From NCBI GenBank assembly GCA_965648935.1, contig CBFGIY010000065.1:1-13912 (forward strand): a stretch of 13,912 bases of DNA, in the 5' to 3' direction. This DNA is from a candidate division WOR-3 bacterium. Lineage in GTDB: Bacteria > Hydrothermota > Tepidihabitantia > Tepidihabitantales > Tepidihabitantaceae. Both the position numbers and the translations under genes were made by a program. This document shows, one piece after another, positions 1 through 7,092 of this stretch. Position 1 is the first letter of the stretch. Every line of letters begins with the position of its first letter. The notes below the pieces were generated by a model. That model was not told the origin of the DNA and made no database searches. It saw nothing but the letters and a program-made list of their open reading frames with translations.

Positions 1-1188
1 GACCTTGCCGGTTACAACCTCTACCGCGCGACCGCGCCCGGCGGCCCATATGACCGGCGCAACACCGGCCTCATACCCGACACGACATTCCGCGATTCCG
101 GCCTCGCGTCCGGCATCGCCTACTACTATGTCTGTGCCGCGGTTGACACCGCGGGCAACGAAGGCCCGCGCTCACCTGAACGCTCGGGCAAGGCGATAAC
201 TCTCGACCGCGGCATCCTGCTCGTTGACGAGACCCGCAACGGCACCGGCGCGCGCGGCTCGCCCTCGGACGCGCAGCAGGACGCCTTCTGGCACTTCCTG
301 CTCGGCTGGTTCAGCGTAACCGACTGGGACGCCACCGACCTCGGCGTACCCGCGCCCGGCGACCTCGGCCCCTACTCGACCGTGGTCTGGCACGCCGACG
401 AGTACCAGCAGCAGCTTGCCGCCGACGCCGTGCCCGGCCTTGCCAATTACCTGTCCGAGGGCGGCCGGCTGTTCTACTCCGGCTGGAAGCCAATCCTGGG
501 CATCCTCGGCTCGGGCAACTACCCGTTCACCTTCAGCCCGGGCAGTTTCCCCTATGACCGAGTCGGCCTGTCCTCGGCGCGCCAGTCAACCGCGCTCGAC
601 TTCATCGGCGCGACCGGCACGCTCGGCTATCCCGACCTGAGGATTGATTCGCTCAAGACTTTCCCCGCGGCCGCGGGCCGGCTCTCGTTCATCGACGCGC
701 TCTATCCGCGCGACGCCGAGCCGGTCGCCGCCTTCGTGTCGCACTCGGGCGACACCTTCGCCGGCAAGCCGGTCGCGGTGCGCTCGCTCGCCGGCCCGGG
801 CAAGGTCGTGTTCCTCGGCTTCCCGCTCTACTACTGCGAGAACGAGGCCGCGCGCGCCTTCGCGGTCAGGGCGCTGTCCGACCTCGGCGAGCCCTACGCC
901 GTGGCCGAGCCGGGCGCGGGCCGCGGCCCCGGCCTCGGCCTTGACGCGGGTCCCAGCCCGGCCCGAGGCCGGGTGCGCCTGGCCTATTCGATTCCCGCTG
1001 CCGGCGCGGCCCGGCTCGCGCTGTATGACGCCTCGGGCCGGCTCGTGCGCCCGCTAGCCGCCGGCGCCCACGCGCCCGGCGCCTACTCGGTCGCGCTCGA
1101 CGCGCGCAGCCTCGCCGCGGGCGTCTACTTCTGCCGGCTCGACACGCCCGCGGGCTCGCTCTCGCGCAAGCTCGAGATCGCGCGCTGA
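1..1188 (+). CDS. 5'-truncated secreted protein: fibronectin type III domain, alpha/beta domain and C-terminal FlgD-Ig/T9SS type A sorting-like domain
   Basis: Frame 1 is open from base 1 (the track starts it at 382). It reads DLAGYNLYRATAPGGPYDRRNTGLIPDTTFRDSGLASGIAYYYVCAAVDTAGNEGPRS (FN3 pattern), then GILLVDETR..., and ends PSPARGRVRLAYSIP...LALYDASGRLVR...LAAGVYFCRL...SRKLEIAR, the typical C-terminal sorting-domain pattern. Stop TGA at 1186-1188. Confidence 0.85.
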   Translation, partial: DLAGYNLYRATAPGGPYDRRNTGLIPDTTFRDSGLASGIAYYYVCAAVDTAGNEGPRSPERSGKAITLDRGILLVDETRNGTGARGSPSDAQQDAFWHFLLGWFSVTDWDATDLGVPAPGDLGPYSTVVWHADEYQQQLAADAVPGLANYLSEGGRLFYSGWKPILGILGSGNYPFTFSPGSFPYDRVGLSSARQSTALDFIGATGTLGYPDLRIDSLKTFPAAAGRLSFIDALYPRDAEPVAAFVSHSGDTFAGKPVAVRSLAGPGKVVFLGFPLYYCENEAARAFAVRALSDLGEPYAVAEPGAGRGPGLGLDAGPSPARGRVRLAYSIPAAGAARLALYDASGRLVRPLAAGAHAPGAYSVALDARSLAAGVYFCRLDTPAGSLSRKLEIAR

Positions 1189-1199
1189 CCCCGGGCCGA

Positions 1200-1844
1200 G
1201 TGGGCGAGCTCTGCCCGGTCTGCCGCGGCGCGGGCGCGGCCGAATTCGCGCGCGTGCGCGACCGGCTCTACTGGCGCTGCCCGGACTGCTCGGCCACGTT
1301 CCTCGACCGGTCGCGCCTGCCCGACCCGGACCGCGAGTCGGCCCGCTACCGACAACACCGCAACGACCCGGCCGACCCCGGGTACCGCGAGTTTCTTGAC
1401 CGGCTTGCCCGGCCCCTGCTCCTGCGCCTCGCCCCGAACTCGCTCGGCCTGGATTACGGCTGCGGCCCGGGCCCGGCCCTCGCGCAGATCCTCTCTCAGG
1501 CCGGGCACCGGGTGCGGCTCTACGACCCGCTCTTCTTTCCCGATGAATCGGCGCTGGCGCAGACCTACCGGTTCATCACCTGCACCGAAACCGCCGAGCA
1601 CTTCCACGACCCGGCCGGCGAATTCGACCGGCTCGACCGGCTGCTCTGTCCGGGCGGCTGGCTCGCGCTGATGACCCGCCTGCTCTCGGACGACGAGCGG
1701 TTCGCCGGCTGGACCTACCGCCGCGACCCGACCCACGTCGTCTTCTACAAGCCGGCGACCTTCGAAGCAGTCTGCCGCGGCCGCGGCTGGCGCATCGACG
1801 AGCTGATTCCCCCCGACATCGTCATAATCCAGAAAGCCGCCTGA
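1200..1844 (+). CDS. Class I SAM-dependent methyltransferase with N-terminal zinc ribbon
   Basis: CPVC...CPDC zinc pair, SAM motif I LDYGCGPG, YDPLF, TETAEHF, LCPGGWL, YRRDPTHVVFY. GTG start. Confidence 0.9.
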   Translation: MGELCPVCRGAGAAEFARVRDRLYWRCPDCSATFLDRSRLPDPDRESARYRQHRNDPADPGYREFLDRLARPLLLRLAPNSLGLDYGCGPGPALAQILSQAGHRVRLYDPLFFPDESALAQTYRFITCTETAEHFHDPAGEFDRLDRLLCPGGWLALMTRLLSDDERFAGWTYRRDPTHVVFYKPATFEAVCRGRGWRIDELIPPDIVIIQKAA

Positions 1845-1902
1845 AGCCCGACCCGGCCGGACCGCATCCGGCCGCGGCGGGTCTAACCGTGCAGGAGGAA
1901 CG

Positions 1903-2427
1903 ATGCCTTCTGTTGAACTCAAGCCCGGGATGAAAGCGCCGGAATTTTGCCTGCCCGACAAGGACGAAAAAGAAGTCTGCCTGAAAGACTTGCTCGGCCG
2001 GTGGGCCGTGGTCTATTTCTACCCGCACGACAACACGCCCGGCTGCACCACCGAGGCCTGCGCGTTCTCCGAGCGCCTGGCCGACTTCGCGGGCCTTGAC
2101 GCCGCGGTCATCGGCATCAGCACCGACTCGCCCGCATCTCATCGCAAGTTCGCGGCTCAGCACAATCTGACCATAACCCTGCTCTCCGACCCGGACCACA
2201 AGGTTATCGAGGCGTATGGTTCGTGGCAGCCAAAAAAGCTGCTGGGCAAAGAGTTCCTCGGCACGGTGCGCTCGACCTTCCTCATTGACCCGCAAGGCAG
2301 AGTCGCCCACGTCTGGCCGCGCGCGAAAATCTGGGGCCACGCCGACGAGGTCAAGGCAAAGCTCGCCGAACTGCAGGGCCGGCCCCACGGCGCATCGTCA
2401 TCGCGCGGAAACACCGGACTGGCCTGA
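1903..2427 (+). CDS. bcp: Peroxiredoxin, BCP/PrxQ family
   Basis: YFYPHDNTPGCTTEAC (PxxxTxxC peroxidatic Cys plus resolving Cys 5 residues later), GISTDS, LLSDPD, RSTFLID. RBS AGGAGG at 1893-1898. Confidence 0.93.
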   Translation: MPSVELKPGMKAPEFCLPDKDEKEVCLKDLLGRWAVVYFYPHDNTPGCTTEACAFSERLADFAGLDAAVIGISTDSPASHRKFAAQHNLTITLLSDPDHKVIEAYGSWQPKKLLGKEFLGTVRSTFLIDPQGRVAHVWPRAKIWGHADEVKAKLAELQGRPHGASSSRGNTGLA

Positions 2428-2740
2428 CACCGGCGCGGCGCAGGCTCTCGGCAGAAACCAGCGCGGTCAGACCACCCGCGGAGCCGAGACCATGACCGGG
2501 TCTTGCGTGTAGCATCGAGACCGGCGTCGGCCTGTCCTTCGTGACCTCATATTCGTCCTCTCCGGCCGCCCGGGGAACGAGGGGGTCTGTTTTGCCCGCT
2601 TCCGCGCAAACCATTGCCCGAGCGGTACATAACCCCGCCCCGCGCCCCTTTGCCAATTTAGTACCTGATTATAATAAGTTCATCATGATGTGCCGATGGA
2701 TCAGCCGGCCCGGCGGCTTGCCGCTCGCGCCGCCGGCCTC

Positions 2741-2768
2741 TTGACTGCGTTTGACTGAACCCTATTCT
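2741..2768 (+). promoter_or_regulatory. Putative sigma70 promoter for the DUF262 gene
   Basis: TTGACT (2741-2746), 16 nt, TATTCT (2763-2768). Confidence 0.45.
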
Positions 2769-2898
2769 GTCCACCGTGAGAAGGGGCCGAAGCTGTAATC
2801 AGAATCGTAAGGCGGTCAAGTCCACCGCCGCACGAGTGCGTGAGTTGCCCGGGCTGACCGGCAAGGAAACTCAGATAAGCAAAGAGGGAGCAAGGTAG

Positions 2899-4695
2899 AT
2901 GTCCACGCAACGCTATTCGGTAACGCCTCACCCTGTCGAGACACTCTTGACTTGGGTGAAGTCCAAAGAAATCGCTGTTCCGGAGATTCAACGGCCATTC
3001 GTCTGGGACGCTACAAAAGTCCGCGACCTGCTCGATTCGCTGTATCGCGGTTACCCGATCGGCTACCTGATTGTCTGGCGCAACCCATCTGTTAAGCTCA
3101 AGGACGGTTCGACCTCGGCCGGCAAAAGAATACTAATTGATGGACAACAACGCATTACCGCGTTGATGGCAGCGCTTCTGGGTCAAGAAGTCATCACTAA
3201 GGACTACGAAACAGTCCGCATCCGCATCGCCTTCCATCCCCTAGAAGAGGAGTTCGAGGTTGCCAGCGCTGCGATTTTGAACGACAGCGCCTGGATACCG
3301 GATATAGCGGAGTTGTTCGCACCCAACGCGAAACTGCTTCAGACAACCCGCGCCTATGCCGCGGCCAATCCCGGAGCAGATGAGGACACCCTGTTCGGCA
3401 AGCTGGAGAAGCTGCGCAAGATAGTCAACAACCACGTCGGCGTTATCGAACTGGCGGAAGATCTGGACATCGAAACTGTCACGGAGATTTTTATCCGCGT
3501 GAACTCGTACGGCGCGCAGTTGTCTCAAGCCGACTTCGCGATGTCAAAGATTGCCGCTGACGAGAAACACGGCGGGAACCTGTTGCGAAAGGCTATAGAC
3601 TACTTCTGCCATCTGTCTGTCGCCCCGGAGTTCTACCAGCGCATCAAGGAATGTGACCCAACTTTCGCTTCGTCGGAGTTCTTACCCAAGATGGCGTGGG
3701 TCAAGGACGTGAACGACGATATCTACGACCCGTCTTATACCGATATGCTGCGCGTTGCCTTCACATCGGAGTTCCGCCGCGGCAAGCTGCAAGACCTGGT
3801 GGCACTGCTTTCGGGTCGCAACTTCGAAACACGCCAGTTTGAAGAGACAATCGCCGAAGAGTCGTTTGCCCGTCTCAAGAAAGGTGTCCTCGCGTTCATC
3901 AACAAGACGCACTTTGAGAGGTTCACGATGATTCTGAGGTCGGCCGGGTTCATCATCAGTGACCTCATCGGTAGCCAGAACGCTGTGAACTTTGCCTACA
4001 TCATGTACTTGCACGGCCGGCTTGAAGGGATGGAGCCGGCGGCCTTGGAGAGCCTCGTACGGCGCTGGTATGTAATGTCGGTGTTGAAGGGACGATACGC
4101 GGGCAGCCCGGAGAGCACTTTCGACTTTGACATAAGGCAGATCGACGCCCGTGGCCTGCAGCCCTACGCGGAGTCTGTCATTGAGACTGAACTGCCGGAC
4201 AGCTTCTGGACGACAATGTTGCCGCAGTCGATGGACACCTCTTCTGGCAGAAGCCCCTACTTTCTCGTCTATCAGGCAGCACAGGTCAAAATGGGCGACA
4301 AGGGGTTTTTGTCTCGCGACATCACCGTCAGCGACTTGCTGATGAATCGTAGCGACGTACATCACATCTTCCCGAGTAAATACCTGAAGGACATTGGAAT
4401 GACCAAAGGCCGCTACAACCAAATCGCCAACCTCGTCATTGCACAGAGCGAAATCAACATCGCCATCGGTGATAAACCACCTGCAAAGTACTTCGCCGAG
4501 CTTGCGGAACAGTGCAGCGGTGGCAAGAAGAAATATGGAGGCATTACCACTCGCGAGGAAATGCTGGCCAATTTCAGAATGAACTGCATACCTGAAGAGA
4601 TGCTGGGCGGAAAGATTACGGACTATGACGAATTCCTTCGGCAACGCAGAGCCCTGATGGCCGACAAGCTGAAAACGTACTTCAGCAAGCTCTAG
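2899..4695 (+). CDS. GmrSD-like type IV restriction protein (N-terminal DUF262, C-terminal DUF1524/HNH-like nuclease)
   Basis: DUF262 motifs [24 protein letters not shown]-terminal DVHHIFP...NQIANL...N...GDK resembles the His-Me finger. RBS-like GAGGGAG/AAGG upstream. GC is much lower than in the flanks. Confidence 0.88.
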   Translation: MSTQRYSVTPHPVETLLTWVKSKEIAVPEIQRPFVWDATKVRDLLDSLYRGYPIGYLIVWRNPSVKLKDGSTSAGKRILIDGQQRITALMAALLGQEVITKDYETVRIRIAFHPLEEEFEVASAAILNDSAWIPDIAELFAPNAKLLQTTRAYAAANPGADEDTLFGKLEKLRKIVNNHVGVIELAEDLDIETVTEIFIRVNSYGAQLSQADFAMSKIAADEKHGGNLLRKAIDYFCHLSVAPEFYQRIKECDPTFASSEFLPKMAWVKDVNDDIYDPSYTDMLRVAFTSEFRRGKLQDLVALLSGRNFETRQFEETIAEESFARLKKGVLAFINKTHFERFTMILRSAGFIISDLIGSQNAVNFAYIMYLHGRLEGMEPAALESLVRRWYVMSVLKGRYAGSPESTFDFDIRQIDARGLQPYAESVIETELPDSFWTTMLPQSMDTSSGRSPYFLVYQAAQVKMGDKGFLSRDITVSDLLMNRSDVHHIFPSKYLKDIGMTKGRYNQIANLVIAQSEINIAIGDKPPAKYFAELAEQCSGGKKKYGGITTREEMLANFRMNCIPEEMLGGKITDYDEFLRQRRALMADKLKTYFSKL

Positions 4696-4761
4696 GAACC
4701 GTTGCCCGGCTCGACCGTCGGCGATTCCTGGCGGCAGTACTGACACGCGATTCCGCTCCAG

Positions 4762-4789
4762 TTGAATCAACCCCGGTTTTGCGGATAAT
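4762..4789 (+). promoter_or_regulatory. Putative sigma70 promoter of the lipoprotein gene
   Basis: TTGAAT (4762-4767), 16 nt, GATAAT (4784-4789). The -35 lies inside the palindrome GTTGA-A-TCAAC (4761-4771). Confidence 0.45.
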
Positions 4790-4812
4790 TATTTCTGTCG
4801 AGAGGAGTGTTG

Positions 4813-5250
4813 ATGCTCAGAACTTACCTGAAGACTGTGCGCCGCGCGGTGCCTGCCGTGCTGACCTGCCTGCTGTTTTTGTCGTGCCACAAGTATGAGG
4901 CCTATGGCCGCGTTACCGTCACCCGCCACCCTCAGGGCGGCGCCTACGTGCAATCGCTCACCTGCGGGCTTTCGCTCGAGGCCGACGGCACCAGCGTGAG
5001 CATCGACGGCCCGGGCGCCGGCGCGATTGAGTTCACCATCAAATGGATGACCAGTCGCGGCGCCCACAAGACCGAGTCCGTGAGCGTGAACTGGACCCGC
5101 GGGGCAACAAACACCGAGAGCTACACGACCACCTTCTCGGCCCCGACCGGTCAGTTCCTCGACAAAAGCTTCTGGGTCGCAGTCACCTGGAAAGACCACT
5201 CCGGCCAGCACGAGGTGCGTTCGAGCGCGGCCGACTGCATCGTGCCCTGA
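4813..5250 (+). CDS. Hypothetical lipoprotein, beta-rich
   Basis: GAGGAG at 4802-4807 favours the ATG at 4813. Basic N-terminus, hydrophobic stretch and lipobox-like LFLSC. Ser/Thr-rich mature part with alternating hydrophobic residues. Confidence 0.7.
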   Translation: MLRTYLKTVRRAVPAVLTCLLFLSCHKYEAYGRVTVTRHPQGGAYVQSLTCGLSLEADGTSVSIDGPGAGAIEFTIKWMTSRGAHKTESVSVNWTRGATNTESYTTTFSAPTGQFLDKSFWVAVTWKDHSGQHEVRSSAADCIVP

Positions 5251-5258
5251 CCGGGCCG

Positions 5259-5867
5259 CTAGCCGCGCGGCTGCCTGGGCTTGACCCGGCTCGCCCAGAC
5301 GCGCTTCATCTTGACCGGGTTCACCGGCCGGTCACCCGCGCCGGTGGGCACGTTGCCGAGCCGGTCGAGCACGTCGAATCCCCATATCATCTCGCCGAAC
5401 ACGGTGTACTGGCCGTCGAGCTGGGGCAGCGGCTCGAGGCAGATGTAGAACTGGCAGTCGGCCTCGCGCTTGGGGTTGATCGCGTCGCCGGTGCGGGCCA
5501 TCGCGATTGCGCCGCGGATGTGCTTGCGGCCGATTTCGGCGCGGACCATGTTGCCGGTGCCGCCCGAGCCGGTGCCCTCGGGGTCGCCGCCCTGGACCAC
5601 GAACCCGGGGATGATGCGGTGGAAGGTGAGACCGTTGTAGAAACCGGCCGTGGCGAGGTTGGCGACGTTGGCCGAGTTGTAGGGCGCGTCCGCGGTGTAG
5701 AGCCGGAACGCCATCGGCCCGTAGTCGGCGACCTCGATGACAAGGTACAGCTCTTTGGGCATCGCGGTCGGGTCGAGCGGGCCGGTGATGGGCGTCGCCT
5801 TGCGGAACAGGCAGGCCTGGGCCACGAGCGGCAGGCAAAGGGCAAGCAGAGCAAGCGGTTTCTTCAT
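5259..5867 (-). CDS. Cyclophilin-type peptidyl-prolyl cis-trans isomerase, exported or lipoprotein
   Basis: FYNGLTFHRIIPGFVVQGGDP, RGAIAMAR, QFYI, LDGQYTVFG. Signal MKKPLALLALCLPLVAQAC. RBS AGGAG (ctcct at 5876-5880 on +). Confidence 0.95.
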   Translation of the reverse strand: MKKPLALLALCLPLVAQACLFRKATPITGPLDPTAMPKELYLVIEVADYGPMAFRLYTADAPYNSANVANLATAGFYNGLTFHRIIPGFVVQGGDPEGTGSGGTGNMVRAEIGRKHIRGAIAMARTGDAINPKREADCQFYICLEPLPQLDGQYTVFGEMIWGFDVLDRLGNVPTGAGDRPVNPVKMKRVWASRVKPRQPRG

Positions 5868-5957
5868 CGCGATGACTCCTTATGGTTTGCGCAGCCGCTA
5901 TCAGTCAAGCAGGCGCGGGCGCGCAAGTCAAGCGCAGGGTTCGCGGCGCGTCGCCGG

Positions 5958-5986
5958 TTGACACGCGGCCCGGCCGCGGCAACAAT
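5958..5986 (+). promoter_or_regulatory. Putative sigma70 promoter, probably leaderless transcript
   Basis: TTGACA (5958-5963), 17 nt, AACAAT (5981-5986). GTG start 6 nt later at 5993. Confidence 0.6.
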
Positions 5987-5992
5987 CACTGC

Positions 5993-6199
5993 GTGACCCG
6001 CAGCCTGCTGCTGGCAATCTCCCTGCTCTCCGGCACGATGGGCCGGACACGGCTGGTGCGTTTTGCCCGGCGCAAGAGCGCCTACTTCGCGACGCTGCTG
6101 GTGCGGCCGGACGAGTACTGCCTGTTCGGCCTTCTCGACGGGCCGGACGGCATCGACCTGTTGTGGCGGCGCTGTGCCGGGCCGGGGGCGCGCGCGTGA
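5993..6199 (+). CDS. Small hypothetical protein (68 aa)
   Basis: GTG at the predicted TSS and GC3-rich codons. The stop overlaps the next start (GTGA at 6196-6199). The upstream extension to 5882 in the track runs through the promoter region and is unlikely. Confidence 0.55.
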   Translation: MTRSLLLAISLLSGTMGRTRLVRFARRKSAYFATLLVRPDEYCLFGLLDGPDGIDLLWRRCAGPGARA

Positions 6200-6426
6200 A
6201 GAACCGGCCCCTGCCCGGCTCGGACGAGGAACGGGCGCAGAAGATTCTCTCGGCGCTGGAGAGAGCCGAGCCGCCGCGCGCCCCGCGGCGCTACGGCTCC
6301 TGCCTGATGGTGTTCGCGCTGGCCCTGCTCGCCGCCATAGTCGTGGTGCTGGTCGCCAACTGGCCCAAGTTCTCGCTTCTCTGGACTCAGCTCGTCAAAC
6401 CCGATTCGCTCATCGGCACGCCGTAG
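6196..6426 (+). CDS. Small single-pass membrane protein (76 aa)
   Basis: Start coupled through GTGA. TM segment CLMVFALALLAAIVVVLVANW. Stop is 1 nt before the next start. Confidence 0.65.
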   Translation: MKNRPLPGSDEERAQKILSALERAEPPRAPRRYGSCLMVFALALLAAIVVVLVANWPKFSLLWTQLVKPDSLIGTP

Positions 6427-6427
6427 C

Positions 6428-7054
6428 GTGGGCTTCTACGGCTGGCTCCAGCTCGCCGCGCTCGCGCTTTTTCTCGGGCTGGCGCTCGGCCGGTCGATAT
6501 CAATCCGCCGCCGCCTGCGCCTGAATCCCTTCGCCATCCGGCCCGACCACAACTGGCGGCGCTGGGCGCTTGAGGCCTCGTTCTTCGCCGCGGTGAACGT
6601 CTGGGCAATCGAGGTCGTGCTCGCCGCGCTGCCCGGGGAGCTGAGCCTTTTCCCCGCGGCGCTGGGCCGGCCGGTGCTTTCCGTGCCGTTTCTGCGCCCG
6701 GTTGGCGCGCTCCTGGTCCTGTCCGGCCTGGCCCTTGACATCGCCGGCCTCGCCGCGCTGGGCGAGTCCTGGCGCCTGGGTGTGGACGAGCGCCGCCCGG
6801 GCCGGCTGGTGACGGGCGGGGTCTACCGGCTGACGCGCAACCCGATTTACCTCTTCTTCAACCTTTTCTTCTGGGGCGTGTTTCTCATCAACGGCACGCC
6901 CGCCTTCCTGCTCTTCTCGCTCTTCGCCGGGCTGAACCTGCACTGGCAGATTCTCGACGAGGAACGGTTTCTCGAGTCGGCGCACGGCGAGCGCTACCGC
7001 GCCTACCGCGGCGCGGTCGGGCGCTACTGGACCCTGCCACGGGCGGCGCCTTGA
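6428..7054 (+). CDS. Isoprenylcysteine carboxyl methyltransferase (ICMT/PEMT) family membrane protein
   Basis: Several TM helices. LGESWRLG, LVTGGVYRLTRNPIYL, EERFLESAHGERYRAYRGAVGRY. Confidence 0.88.
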   Translation: MGFYGWLQLAALALFLGLALGRSISIRRRLRLNPFAIRPDHNWRRWALEASFFAAVNVWAIEVVLAALPGELSLFPAALGRPVLSVPFLRPVGALLVLSGLALDIAGLAALGESWRLGVDERRPGRLVTGGVYRLTRNPIYLFFNLFFWGVFLINGTPAFLLFSLFAGLNLHWQILDEERFLESAHGERYRAYRGAVGRYWTLPRAAP

Positions 7055-7078
7055 CAGGCGCGCACGGCCGGCTAGACT
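7051..7078 (+). promoter_or_regulatory. Putative sigma70 promoter of the sensor-like gene
   Basis: TTGACA (7051-7056, overlapping the upstream stop), 16 nt, TAGACT (7073-7078). Confidence 0.55.
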
Positions 7079-7092
7079 GGCCCGGGCAAGCG

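Noticed and set aside
2560..2660. c-di-GMP-I riboswitch-like GGCAAA/GCAAA words on the minus strand
   Set aside because: The required P2/P3 stems, GNRA tetraloop and receptor cannot be built.
2650..2675. TTGCCA...TATAAT as a + strand sigma70 promoter, or TGGCA as a minus-strand sigma54 site
   Set aside because: The spacer is only 14 nt, and there is no TTGC at the -12 position.
2899..4695. SspE/Dnd phosphorothioate or BREX-associated system
   Set aside because: No partner genes in the window. The gene stands alone.
2844..4717. Integron cassette (attC) interpretation of the GTT-starting repeats
   Set aside because: GTTGCCC does not fit GTTRRRY, there is no complementary RYYYAAC arm or long attC hairpin after the stop, and there is no integrase.
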